A DNA stretch of 64,000 nt from Candidatus Enterousia sp. (GCA_045546155.1 JAZQCG010000001.1:24525-88524); one strand, 5' to 3'. Numbered from the stretch's first letter, positions 1 through 8,980 are shown. Notes: a model not told the origin generated them from the letters alone. Translations and numbers: made by a program.

Positions 1-10
1 ACACACTCTC

Positions 11-28
11 GTCATCCCGGCGCAGGCC
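11..28. repeat. Decayed copy of the REP-like hairpin element (GTCATCCCGGCGCAGGCC)
   Basis: Aligns to the left half of the 51-77 repeat (GTCAT-CCCG-CGCAGGC); the right arm is lost. Confidence 0.4.
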
Positions 29-50
29 TTAGATTTATTCTCGTACTTTT

Positions 51-77
51 GTCATTCCCGCGCAGGCGGGAATAGGG
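51..77. repeat. REP-like hairpin repeat, left copy (GTCATTCCCGCGCAGGCGGGAATAGGG)
   Basis: Contains an 8-bp stem, 4-nt loop hairpin ATTCCCGC-GCAG-GCGGGAAT (54-73). It is the perfect reverse complement of 448-474. Confidence 0.9.
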
Positions 78-78
78 G

Positions 79-408
79 CTATTTAATTTCTTTGTTTTTC
101 CAATACGCTATATTCTTTTCTAATTCATCTGCTAAATCAATCCAATCTGGATTCATTGTTTCAATTAGTCTGTATTTCCAAGAACGATTCCATTTTTTTA
201 GCTGCTTTTCTCGTGCAATTGCATTATTGATATACTGATATCTTTCAAAGTATCCCAGTTTATGAATATTGTTTTCTTTGGTATATCCATCATCCAGTCC
301 CATTTTGTGTTCATACATACGCCGTTCCAAATTGTTGGTAACGCCGATATATGTTGCCTTGGCACGTTCATCAAATAAAATATATACCCAAAAATTATAA
401 TCTTTCAT
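79..408 (-). CDS. GIY-YIG nuclease family protein (COG2827/UPF0213-like)
   Basis: Motifs WVYIL...YIGVTNNLERRMYEH...REKQLKKWNRSWKYRLI...NPDW.DL. Start taken at the MKDYNFW Met (406-408); the track ORF extends to 435. Confidence 0.8.
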   Translation of the reverse strand: MKDYNFWVYILFDERAKATYIGVTNNLERRMYEHKMGLDDGYTKENNIHKLGYFERYQYINNAIAREKQLKKWNRSWKYRLIETMNPDWIDLADELEKNIAYWKNKEIK

Positions 409-447
409 AGATAACATACTAATAAATATACACAAAGATTTTCAAGA

Positions 448-474
448 CCCTATTCCCGCCTGCGCGGGAATGAC
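448..474. repeat. REP-like hairpin repeat, right copy (inverted)
   Basis: CCCTATTCCCGCCTGCGCGGGAATGAC is the exact reverse complement of 51-77. Confidence 0.9.
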
Positions 475-694
475 AAAAATTTATTAATAATTGAATAACT
501 CTAACATTTACGATATAATTTTTCATGAATTCACATGCTATAAAAGCCTGCTTAAGATACAGACAAATAAACTTTTTTATATAGATTTTAGTAAATTTTA
601 TTATATAATTAACACTGTTACGGTGGTTACCGTGATGGGGCTTAACAACCCGCATAGCTGTCCGAACAGACAAAAAATCCAAACTCAAAATTCT

Positions 695-794
695 GGGGTT
701 GGATGGTCGCTTAATATATTGAATAAGTGACGCTATTGCTATGATAGTTGTTAACGTCCAGCCCCATCTGTTTTTTACAGATGGTTTTTATTTT
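695..794 (+). ncRNA. Candidate structured small RNA or 5' leader ending in an orphan intrinsic terminator
   Basis: 11-bp helix 695-705/755-765 (two G-U pairs) encloses an 8-bp hairpin 706-713/724-731. It is followed by terminator CCATCTGT-TTTTT-ACAGATGG (764-784) and a T-run to 794. No plus-strand gene lies upstream. Confidence 0.35.
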
Positions 795-814
795 CAACCA
801 AAAGGGCTTTGGAT

Positions 815-1045
815 ATGAACGATGATTATGAACTGCGGGCGATTTTACATGAATTAGAACAATTTTTCAGATTGCATCCAAATTATGAAATAAATGGGCT
901 AACACTGCTGACGTTACAAAATATTGTACATAAACAGGTTGCTTTATATCTTTTACGCGCAAAACGTTATATCGTTGAAATCCAAGAAGCAGATTCTGAT
1001 ATAAGTATCAGGGAAATTATTCATCGAAAAAAATACAGATTCTAA
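815..1045 (+). CDS. Hypothetical protein (about 76 aa)
   Basis: ORF followed by a terminator hairpin. No motif recognised. ATG at 815 is preferred over the TTG at 809. Confidence 0.45.
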   Translation: MNDDYELRAILHELEQFFRLHPNYEINGLTLLTLQNIVHKQVALYLLRAKRYIVEIQEADSDISIREIIHRKKYRF

Positions 1046-1049
1046 AACA

Positions 1050-1075
1050 AAAACACCGGCATTTGCCGGTGTTTT
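1050..1075. terminator. Bidirectional intrinsic terminator, CCGGCATTTGCCGG family
   Basis: AAAACACCGGC-ATTT-GCCGGTGTTTT with an A-run upstream and a T-run downstream, between convergent genes. Confidence 0.75.
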
Positions 1076-1130
1076 CACTAACCACCAACCACCAACCACC
1101 AACCACTAACCACTAATCACTAACCACTTA
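1076..1130. repeat. Tandem heptamer array CAC(T/C)AAC, about 7.9 units
   Basis: CACTAAC CACCAAC CACCAAC CACCAAC CACTAAC CACTAAT CACTAAC CACTTA, in perfect 7-nt phase. It ends in the ychF stop codon. Confidence 0.9.
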
Positions 1131-2207
1131 ATTATTAAACAAGAAATGGCAAATATCGCCGTTTTGCATGACATAATCACGCCCGACCAGGCGCATTTTA
1201 CCCGCTTCTTTTACAGCAACCTCGCCACCGAGGGCAATATAATCTGCGGGCGAAATAACCTCGGCACGGATAAAGCCCTTTTCAAAATCGGTGTGGATTT
1301 TTCCAGCCGCCTGGGGCGCGGTCATACCAACCGTGATGGTCCATGCATGTGCTTCCTTTGGCCCGATTGTGTAATATGTTTGCAGGCCCAATGTTTTATA
1401 CCCGGTCTTAATAACCTGGTCCAGGCCGGATTCAGTCAACCCTAAATCGTCCAGGAACATTTTTCTTTCATCCACATCTACAATTTGTGAAATTTCCATT
1501 TCAATCTTTGACGATATAACCAAAACATCGGCAACCGCACCAAATTTTTCACGAACCATATCGGAATATTTGTTGCCGGTTGCTGCGGCCGCTTCTTCAA
1601 CGTTGCAAACATAGATAACCGGCTTTGCGGTTAATAAATTAAATGGTGCGGCATCAATATCACCATCACGTGCCGGAATTGATTTTTCAAGGTTTGTTTT
1701 TATTGCATTTGCATCCGCCAATAATTTTGCGGCATCTTTATCCAGTCCACGTGCCTTTTTTTCCAGGTTTTTAATCTGTTTTTCCAGGCTTTCCATATCC
1801 GCCAGCATTAATTCTGTTTCAATTGTTTCAATATCGCCCAACGGGTCGATTTTTCCATTAACATGAACAATGTCATCATTTTCAAAGCAACGAACAACGT
1901 GAATAATCGCATCTGTTGATAAAATATTGCCCAAGAATTTATTACCCAACCCTTCGCCGGCTGATGCACCCTTAACCAGGCCTGCAATATCAACGATTTC
2001 CAATTGTGTCGGAATAATTTTTTGTGATCCAGCGACACGCGCCAATTCATGCAATGTGGCGTCTGGCACAACAACGCGACCTGTATTTGGCTCGATTGTA
2101 CAGAACGGATAGTTCTGGGCATCCGCCGCCGCACTTTGTGTTAATGCATTAAACAGTGTTGATTTACCAACGTTCGGCAATCCGACAATTCCACAATTGA
2201 ATCCCAT
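1128..2207 (-). CDS. ychF: Ribosome-binding ATPase YchF
   Basis: N-terminus MGFNCGIVGLPNVGKSTLFNALT; typical YchF length and C-terminus. Confidence 0.95.
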   Translation of the reverse strand: MGFNCGIVGLPNVGKSTLFNALTQSAAADAQNYPFCTIEPNTGRVVVPDATLHELARVAGSQKIIPTQLEIVDIAGLVKGASAGEGLGNKFLGNILSTDAIIHVVRCFENDDIVHVNGKIDPLGDIETIETELMLADMESLEKQIKNLEKKARGLDKDAAKLLADANAIKTNLEKSIPARDGDIDAAPFNLLTAKPVIYVCNVEEAAAATGNKYSDMVREKFGAVADVLVISSKIEMEISQIVDVDERKMFLDDLGLTESGLDQVIKTGYKTLGLQTYYTIGPKEAHAWTITVGMTAPQAAGKIHTDFEKGFIRAEVISPADYIALGGEVAVKEAGKMRLVGRDYVMQNGDICHFLFNN

Positions 2208-2234
2208 ATCTAAATCCTTTATAATGCGAATAAT

Positions 2235-2915
2235 ATGTCATACATGTGGAATGAATTCAACATAAAAACCTTTCCAGCGGAAACAATCGTTTACCGCGAT
2301 GGCGAATATTGTCCGGACCTGTCGACGATAAAAGCCGGTCAAATTGATAAAAAACATAATTTACCAGTACATATTATATATGTCGGCGAAATTTTTGATA
2401 AAAAAGAATTAAATATTGATATTAATGTTGAAAATCAACCGGTGTTTTTATCACTTGATATAAAAAATAAAAAGCCGGCCTTTTTGAATATTTTTATCAA
2501 AAACACCGGGAAAAATTCTGAATTACGCGGACACGTTTTTGTTGAAAACTATGACCGGTTGGAATTGAATATTAATGCCGAACATCTGTGCGAAAATACC
2601 GGTATTTTGGTTCATACAAAATTAATAGCCCACGAAAACACATATTCAAAATTAACTGGCAATGCTATAATTTCTGAAAATTATATTGATTGCATATCAG
2701 ATATTGGATTTACCGCGATTGCTGATAATACGGCAAAAATTGAATTTTTACCGGCACAATTTATAAAATCAGAACCAAAATCTGCGGAACATTCTGCATC
2801 TATTTATCGACAAAATTCGGATCAAATTCAGTTTTTGAAAATGGCGGGTCTTTCAACCGCCGAAATTCGTGAAGTGGCATTTGAAGCATTTAAAAATAAT
2901 TTTTCATTATTTTAA
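2235..2915 (+). CDS. SufD-like (SufB/SufD family) protein, short and orphan
   Basis: The C-terminal region has the SufB/D signature pattern: ...KIEFLPAQFIKSEPKSAEHSASIYRQNSDQIQFLKMAGLSTAEIREVAFEAF. No sufB, sufC or sufS is nearby. Confidence 0.5.
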   Translation: MSYMWNEFNIKTFPAETIVYRDGEYCPDLSTIKAGQIDKKHNLPVHIIYVGEIFDKKELNIDINVENQPVFLSLDIKNKKPAFLNIFIKNTGKNSELRGHVFVENYDRLELNINAEHLCENTGILVHTKLIAHENTYSKLTGNAIISENYIDCISDIGFTAIADNTAKIEFLPAQFIKSEPKSAEHSASIYRQNSDQIQFLKMAGLSTAEIREVAFEAFKNNFSLF

Positions 2916-2968
2916 TTGTTAAAAAATACCGGCCTTTTTGATAAAAATGTTTAAAAAAGCCGGGAAAT

Positions 2969-3916
2969 TTATTTTATCATTTCTTCTGCTAGATACCTAT
3001 CGTATAACAGGTTAAAAAGTTCTTTCTTTAATTGTTCAATTGGTTTAATTTTTCCGCGCGCATTTCTGTATGGGGTTTTAACGCGTTCACTTGCGCAATC
3101 AAAATAGCAATCACCATTACTATCAAATGTAATTGTATGTACGTCTCCTGGTTTTGAAAAAGATTTTATAAAAGAACTTTGTTTTGTTGCGATTTTATTA
3201 TCAAAAGCACGTCCAAGATTATCAATTCCATGATATGGTTCTATAACAATATATTTTTCTTTACCACAGAACAGGTTTGCATCAATCTTAGCAAACTCAT
3301 TTTTAGGCTTGTTTTTCAAGTCTAACATAATTTTATATTTTTCTGCCAGTTGTACAAATGTATCAGTTAAAAAATCTGGTGAATCATAAAATATATGCAC
3401 ATTAGCGCGTCGGGACAATTTATCGTTGTTATAAAACCATTTCAAAAATTCAATAGTTGTTGTGGCGGATTGTGGATGAAATTTATCCAGTGACAAATGA
3501 TAAGAAAAATATGCATTTGGATTTTTATAAAAATAAGATTCCAGGTCATTAAAAATAACCGATGCATTTTCAGTTAATGTCCAACCTGCATTAGTTTTTA
3601 ATTCAATTGTAAATCCGGCCCGTGTCAATGTCTTCATAATATTTGGAATATAATACGGTGCGTATTTATAAGCCATCATTGGTTCGCCACCACTAATAAC
3701 AGCAATAGGCATTTTATTTTTTGTGTATCTAAAATCTTCGGCGATTGCACGCACATCGGCAATTGGAATAAATGTCGGTTCCGCGTTTGGACCACTGCGT
3801 TCACAACAATGTGCACAACAGTAATTGCACAGATTTGTAATTTTAAAAAATGGCGACCATACGAAATTATTATCCAACCAATAACAAAATTCCGCACGCG
3901 ATAAAATATTCTTCAT
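2969..3916 (-). CDS. Radical SAM-like protein, uncharacterised family (paralog 1)
   Basis: CNYCCAHC fits CxxxCxxC. Also has GGEP and KTNAGW motifs. Clear paralog of 52535-53545. Confidence 0.7.
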   Translation of the reverse strand: MKNILSRAEFCYWLDNNFVWSPFFKITNLCNYCCAHCCERSGPNAEPTFIPIADVRAIAEDFRYTKNKMPIAVISGGEPMMAYKYAPYYIPNIMKTLTRAGFTIELKTNAGWTLTENASVIFNDLESYFYKNPNAYFSYHLSLDKFHPQSATTTIEFLKWFYNNDKLSRRANVHIFYDSPDFLTDTFVQLAEKYKIMLDLKNKPKNEFAKIDANLFCGKEKYIVIEPYHGIDNLGRAFDNKIATKQSSFIKSFSKPGDVHTITFDSNGDCYFDCASERVKTPYRNARGKIKPIEQLKKELFNLLYDRYLAEEMIK

Positions 3917-3968
3917 AAAACATAATATAACACAAAATTTAATTATGTCAAATTCAAGAATCGATTCA

Positions 3969-5585
3969 CTACAAAGAAATCAACTTTTCTATTTTTTCAC
4001 GTGCTTTTGCCAGGGCTTCATCTATTTGATTTAATTCATCACGTACGGATTCATCGCCGGCCAATAATTGTGCGGTTAATTCCTTCTTTTGAATGTTTAA
4101 TTTATCCAGATAACGTTGCAGTTTAAGTGACACAATATATTTTTCTGCATCCCCCAGGCTTAAATCTAAATCAGCCGCCGCCCCATCAAAATCAATATTC
4201 AGTGTTGATAAAAATTCGCCATAACGTTCAACGATTTCTGGATAAGTGTTCACAATATAAACCAGTGTAGTTTGTGTGATTTTATCAATATCAGGTAACT
4301 TTATTAATGGTTTGTTTACGTCACGTTTCCATTTCCGCCATGTTTCGAATTTACGCTTTTCGTATTCTTTACTTATCTCTGATTTTAAATCATTGTCTGT
4401 GATTTTATCTATTTCAGATTTCAAAAATTTTTCAGCCTGAACACGTCCACCAGGTGTTGATACAACAAAGTTTGTATTTGCAGTTTGCCACAAGAAATCA
4501 ACCAATGGCATGGCATCATCAATAATCTTTTTCATTGCATCAATGCCACCGGTTTTTAATATTTCATCTGGGTCTTTGCCACCAGTAACGAACGCAAATT
4601 TTACATCTGAATTATCACGCAAAAAAGGCATCACAATACCGCATGCACGCACAGCAGCCTTTTGACCTGCATTATCACCATCAAAGCAAAAAGTGATATT
4701 ACGATTAGATTTACATAATATTGCAATATGATCTTCGGTTAATGCTGTGCCCAATGGTGCAACCGTTTCTGGAAAACCATTTTCTTGCATTTTTATTGCA
4801 TCAATTTGCCCTTCGACTACAATACTGCGATTTGCGCGATAAATAGCATCACGTGCAAAATTTAAACCAAACACAGTCTTTCTTTTGTGAAAAATATCTG
4901 TATCACTTGTGTTTATGTATTTTGGTTCTGAACCATCCAGTGACCGTCCCGAAAAAGCAACAATCTGACCGCGTGGATTAAATATAGGAAACATTAATTT
5001 ATCACGAAAGAAATCATATAATCCAAATTCACCACGACGACACAATCCAGTTGCGATTAAATTTTCTTGTTTTTCATTTGCAAATTTATTGGCAATAAAA
5101 TTTTTCTTGGGCGCATATCCAATACGATATTTTTTTATCATATCATCGCTAAATCCACGTCTACGCACGTATTCCAGGGCTTGCGCCCCTTCGTCTGTGA
5201 ATAATTTTTCTTGATATGCACTTGCGGCTGCATCGCAAATTTTAAAATAAGAATTTTCACGGTTAACAATTTCAGCAGGTCTTGGGTTGCGTTCTGGCAT
5301 TTTAAGGCCGGCCATGTTTGCTAATTCTTGCATTGCAGCCATAAAATCCAAATGATCTGTTTCCATAACAAAAGAAAAAATATCACCATGTTTACCACAA
5401 CCAAAACAGTGATAAAATCCTTTGTCTTCGTTTACAGAAAAACTGGGGGTTTTTTCATTGTGAAACGGACAACAACCCCAATAATTTAATCCTTTTTTTG
5501 TTAATGGTACACGCCGTGAAACAACATCAACGATTGATAACCGTTCACGTATTTCATCTGTAAAATTGCGCCCAAAATTTGCCAT
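3969..5585 (-). CDS. dnaG: DNA primase
   Basis: Zinc finger CCPFHNEKTPSF...HCFGCG and a Toprim region (EGQIDA, DGDNAG). Confidence 0.93.
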   Translation of the reverse strand: MANFGRNFTDEIRERLSIVDVVSRRVPLTKKGLNYWGCCPFHNEKTPSFSVNEDKGFYHCFGCGKHGDIFSFVMETDHLDFMAAMQELANMAGLKMPERNPRPAEIVNRENSYFKICDAAASAYQEKLFTDEGAQALEYVRRRGFSDDMIKKYRIGYAPKKNFIANKFANEKQENLIATGLCRRGEFGLYDFFRDKLMFPIFNPRGQIVAFSGRSLDGSEPKYINTSDTDIFHKRKTVFGLNFARDAIYRANRSIVVEGQIDAIKMQENGFPETVAPLGTALTEDHIAILCKSNRNITFCFDGDNAGQKAAVRACGIVMPFLRDNSDVKFAFVTGGKDPDEILKTGGIDAMKKIIDDAMPLVDFLWQTANTNFVVSTPGGRVQAEKFLKSEIDKITDNDLKSEISKEYEKRKFETWRKWKRDVNKPLIKLPDIDKITQTTLVYIVNTYPEIVERYGEFLSTLNIDFDGAAADLDLSLGDAEKYIVSLKLQRYLDKLNIQKKELTAQLLAGDESVRDELNQIDEALAKAREKIEKLISL

Positions 5586-7825
5586 TAATTCTTTTTACTT
5601 TTATTGTTAATAAGTTTGATTGCTGTATCCAGATCCGGCATTTCTTTGACCGATACATTAACACGATTTGATGAAATATATGGTCCATAACGTCCCGTTG
5701 GATAAAAGAATATCATCTTTTTAGTTTCTGGATTTTCGCCGATTTTAATTGGTTCTGATTTTTTACCAGCATTTGTTAATAATTCACGTGCAATTTCCAG
5801 TGTAATCGTTTCCGATGTATATTGTTTTGCTGCTACATTTTTTGCACCGTCTGTTACATATGGTCCAAATTTTCCAACACGAAATTCAATACCATCACCC
5901 AATTCAACTGCATCTGAAATATTGCGCTGTACGCTGGATTCGTTGGTGTCCACTGGTTTGTCATTTTTATTTAATTGTTTTGTATATTTACAATTTGGGT
6001 AATTTTCACACCCGATAAACGGCCCAAATTTAGATAATTTAATACCTAATTTTTTACCACAATCTGGACATGTGTCGCCTGATTCTGCAAACAAATGTTT
6101 GTGCATAAATTCATTAATTTCATCAATAATATCAGATGTTTTGATACCACGCGCACCTTCTATCATTTCATTGGTTGGTTTCCAGAAGTTTTCCAATGCG
6201 GTTAATTTTTTAGTTTTTCCATTTGAAACATCGTCCAATGTATCTTCTGTTTTTGCAGTAAAGTTTACATCGACTAAATCTGTAAAATATTTATTCAGGT
6301 ATGATGCAATAACCCAACCGCCACTTGTTGGATGAAAACGACGTTGTTTATCTTGTTCAACATATGCACGATCAACAATCGTTGACATAATTGTAGCGTA
6401 CGTAGATGGACGTCCAATCCCCAGTTCTTCTAACTTTTTAACCAGTGATGCTTCGGTATATCGTGGTGGTGCTTGGGTAAAATGTTGTTCTGGGACAATT
6501 TCAGTAATTGAAATAATATCACCAACATTTAATACCGGTAATTTTGATTCCTTCTTTTCATCATCGTCATCTTTGTCTTCGGTATAAACCTTCATAAATC
6601 CGTCAAATGTACGTGTTGAACCAACTGCATGAAACACAGCAACTTTATTTTCTGTTTCAATGTCTGCGGCGACTGAATCAAATTCAGCATTTTTCATTTG
6701 GCACGCAATTGTACGTTTCCAAATCAAATCATATAATTTTGCTTCGTCCCCACTTAGCCCCTTGGCGGGTTCTTCAAAGTGTGTTGGACGAATTGCTTCG
6801 TGTGCTTCTTGGGCATTTTTAGATTTTGTTGCATAAACATTTGGTGCGCTTGGTACAAAATTTTCACCATATGTATTTGCAATATATTTACGAATTTCAT
6901 TAACAGCATCTGCGTTTAAATTTGTTGCGTCTGTACGCATATATGTAATTAATCCTTGTTCATACAGTTTTTGTGCCGCACTCATTGTGCGCTTTGATGC
7001 AAAATATAATTTACGCGCCGCTTCCTGTTGCAGGGTTGATGTTGTAAATGGTGCAGTTGGCTTACGCTGGGTCTTTTTCTTTTCAATATCAATAACCGTT
7101 GCAGATATTTCAGGCTTACCAATTTTATCAATGATATTATTTACCATATCTTGATTTTCGATGGTCATTTTTTCAATTTTTTGTCCATCAAATTTATTCA
7201 AGTTTGCTCTGAATTCTGCATTTTGAACCTTGCACACAGATTCCAACGACCAATATTCCACAGGCTTAAAATCTTCGATTTCTTTTTCACGATCAACGAC
7301 CAGTTTTACCGCCACAGATTGCACACGTCCCGCAGATTTCCCCAGGTTTCTCCGCCACAATAACGGTGAAATACCAAAACCGATTAAATAATCCAATGCG
7401 CGACGTACCAAATACGCATCAACCAAGTTTTTATCAATTTCGCGTGGATTTTCAATTGCTGCCTGAACTGCTTTTTTTGTAATTTCATGGAAAGCAACAC
7501 GATATACAGGCTTGTCTGTTAATAGTTTTTTTGCTTTTAATATGTCTAATAAATGCCATGCGATGGCTTCACCTTCGCGGTCCGGGTCGCTTGCCAGATA
7601 TACAGCATCGGCTTTTTTTAGTTCATCTGTGATAAGTTTTATTTGTTTCTCTTTACCTGGCATAATTTGCCAGCGCATTTTAAAGTTATTTTCTGTATCA
7701 ACACTGCCGTTTTCTGGAACTAAATCACGTACATGACCAACAGACGCAATAACGCGCCACCCGGCCCCCAGGTATTTTTCAATTGTTTTTGCTTTTGATG
7801 GTGATTCCACGATAAGCAGTTTCAT
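5585..7825 (-). CDS. topA: DNA topoisomerase I
   Basis: MKLLIVESPSKAKTIEKYLG, Toprim/Topo IA motifs and C-terminal Zn ribbons (CPDCG...CENYPNC). Confidence 0.95.
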   Translation of the reverse strand: MKLLIVESPSKAKTIEKYLGAGWRVIASVGHVRDLVPENGSVDTENNFKMRWQIMPGKEKQIKLITDELKKADAVYLASDPDREGEAIAWHLLDILKAKKLLTDKPVYRVAFHEITKKAVQAAIENPREIDKNLVDAYLVRRALDYLIGFGISPLLWRRNLGKSAGRVQSVAVKLVVDREKEIEDFKPVEYWSLESVCKVQNAEFRANLNKFDGQKIEKMTIENQDMVNNIIDKIGKPEISATVIDIEKKKTQRKPTAPFTTSTLQQEAARKLYFASKRTMSAAQKLYEQGLITYMRTDATNLNADAVNEIRKYIANTYGENFVPSAPNVYATKSKNAQEAHEAIRPTHFEEPAKGLSGDEAKLYDLIWKRTIACQMKNAEFDSVAADIETENKVAVFHAVGSTRTFDGFMKVYTEDKDDDDEKKESKLPVLNVGDIISITEIVPEQHFTQAPPRYTEASLVKKLEELGIGRPSTYATIMSTIVDRAYVEQDKQRRFHPTSGGWVIASYLNKYFTDLVDVNFTAKTEDTLDDVSNGKTKKLTALENFWKPTNEMIEGARGIKTSDIIDEINEFMHKHLFAESGDTCPDCGKKLGIKLSKFGPFIGCENYPNCKYTKQLNKNDKPVDTNESSVQRNISDAVELGDGIEFRVGKFGPYVTDGAKNVAAKQYTSETITLEIARELLTNAGKKSEPIKIGENPETKKMIFFYPTGRYGPYISSNRVNVSVKEMPDLDTAIKLINNKSKKN

Positions 7826-7830
7826 ATTAC

Positions 7831-8976
7831 TTAGCTCCCCCTTGCCGATAATTGTTGGTCTTTATGAATATGTGCGTTTTGGGCCAAACCAAAACCAAAC
7901 ATCAGGGAAAGCAAGCTGCTGCCACCAAAAGACATTAACGGCAACGGAACCCCAACGGTTGGCATTAACCCTAAAACCATTGCGATATTTATAAAATAAT
8001 AAATAAAAAAGTTCAACATAAAACCAAAGCAGATTAATTGTCCAAATCTGTTGCGGCATGTTTTTGCCGCCCAAAACAATACGATAATAATCCAAGAATA
8101 TATTAATAATAATCCAAATGCACCAACAAAACCAAATTCTTCGCCCAGCATAGTGAATATAAAATCAGTATGTTTTTCTGGTAAAAACGATTGTTGGGAT
8201 TGTGTCCCAGACATATATCCTTTGCCCAGCATACCACCCGAACCAAACGCAATTTTTGCCTGGTTAATTTGATAACCTGCCCCTTGGACATCGCCGTCTG
8301 GATTAAGAAAGGTTATTATACGTCCGCGCTGATAATCATGTAATCCGCCATACCAAATCACAGGTGCTGCCATAAGCCCTAGGATTGCCGCGATAACAAA
8401 CCATTTTTTATTTGCGCCAACGATATAAAATACCCCAACTGTAATCATCCCCAGGGATAATGCTGTTCCTAAATCCGGTTGTGCAACAATTAATCCAAAT
8501 GGCACAAGCAGCATTAATCCCGGTATTAGGTAATTTTTAAATTGCCCCAACTCCACCGAATTCATCCATGCAAAATATCGCGCCAACGCTAATACAAGGG
8601 CGATTTTTATTAATTCTGATGGTTGGATATGAAAAAATCCCAGATTTAACCAACGTTGTGCGCCCATCCCAGTGTGACCGACAAAGGTTACAAGAATAAT
8701 CATTATTAATGCGATTGCATAAATTCCATACGCAGACTTAATCCATATTTTTATATTTGTAAATGCAACAAAAAAGAAAACACAAAAACCAACAATAATC
8801 TTAAATAGTTGTGACAAAGCAAATGGCCGCCATGCCCCACCACCGGCCGAATACAGAACAACAATTGATAATGCTAAAACAATACACATTGGTACAAACA
8901 AACCCCATGAAAAACGTGCCAGTTTTTCAGAAAAACTCATCATAGATGCATTTGAAACACGGGTCTGTTTTGCCAT
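7831..8976 (-). CDS. rodA: Peptidoglycan glycosyltransferase RodA (SEDS family)
   Basis: FtsW/RodA/SpoVE-type polytopic protein immediately downstream of mrdA. Confidence 0.9.
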   Translation of the reverse strand: MAKQTRVSNASMMSFSEKLARFSWGLFVPMCIVLALSIVVLYSAGGGAWRPFALSQLFKIIVGFCVFFFVAFTNIKIWIKSAYGIYAIALIMIILVTFVGHTGMGAQRWLNLGFFHIQPSELIKIALVLALARYFAWMNSVELGQFKNYLIPGLMLLVPFGLIVAQPDLGTALSLGMITVGVFYIVGANKKWFVIAAILGLMAAPVIWYGGLHDYQRGRIITFLNPDGDVQGAGYQINQAKIAFGSGGMLGKGYMSGTQSQQSFLPEKHTDFIFTMLGEEFGFVGAFGLLLIYSWIIIVLFWAAKTCRNRFGQLICFGFMLNFFIYYFINIAMVLGLMPTVGVPLPLMSFGGSSLLSLMFGFGLAQNAHIHKDQQLSARGS

Positions 8977-8980
8977 AAAA

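Noticed and set aside
419-730. ORFs 419-688 (minus) and 491-730 (plus) in the gap right of the GIY-YIG cassette
   Set aside because: Very AT-rich, Ile/Asn/Phe/Tyr/Lys-dominated translations with no SD. One would read through the inverted repeat. The region is better explained as non-coding or sRNA.
1076-1130. Heptamer array considered as a CRISPR-like or telomere-like repeat
   Set aside because: The units are contiguous 7-mers without spacers, far too short for CRISPR. There are no cas genes, and the window is an internal chromosomal region.
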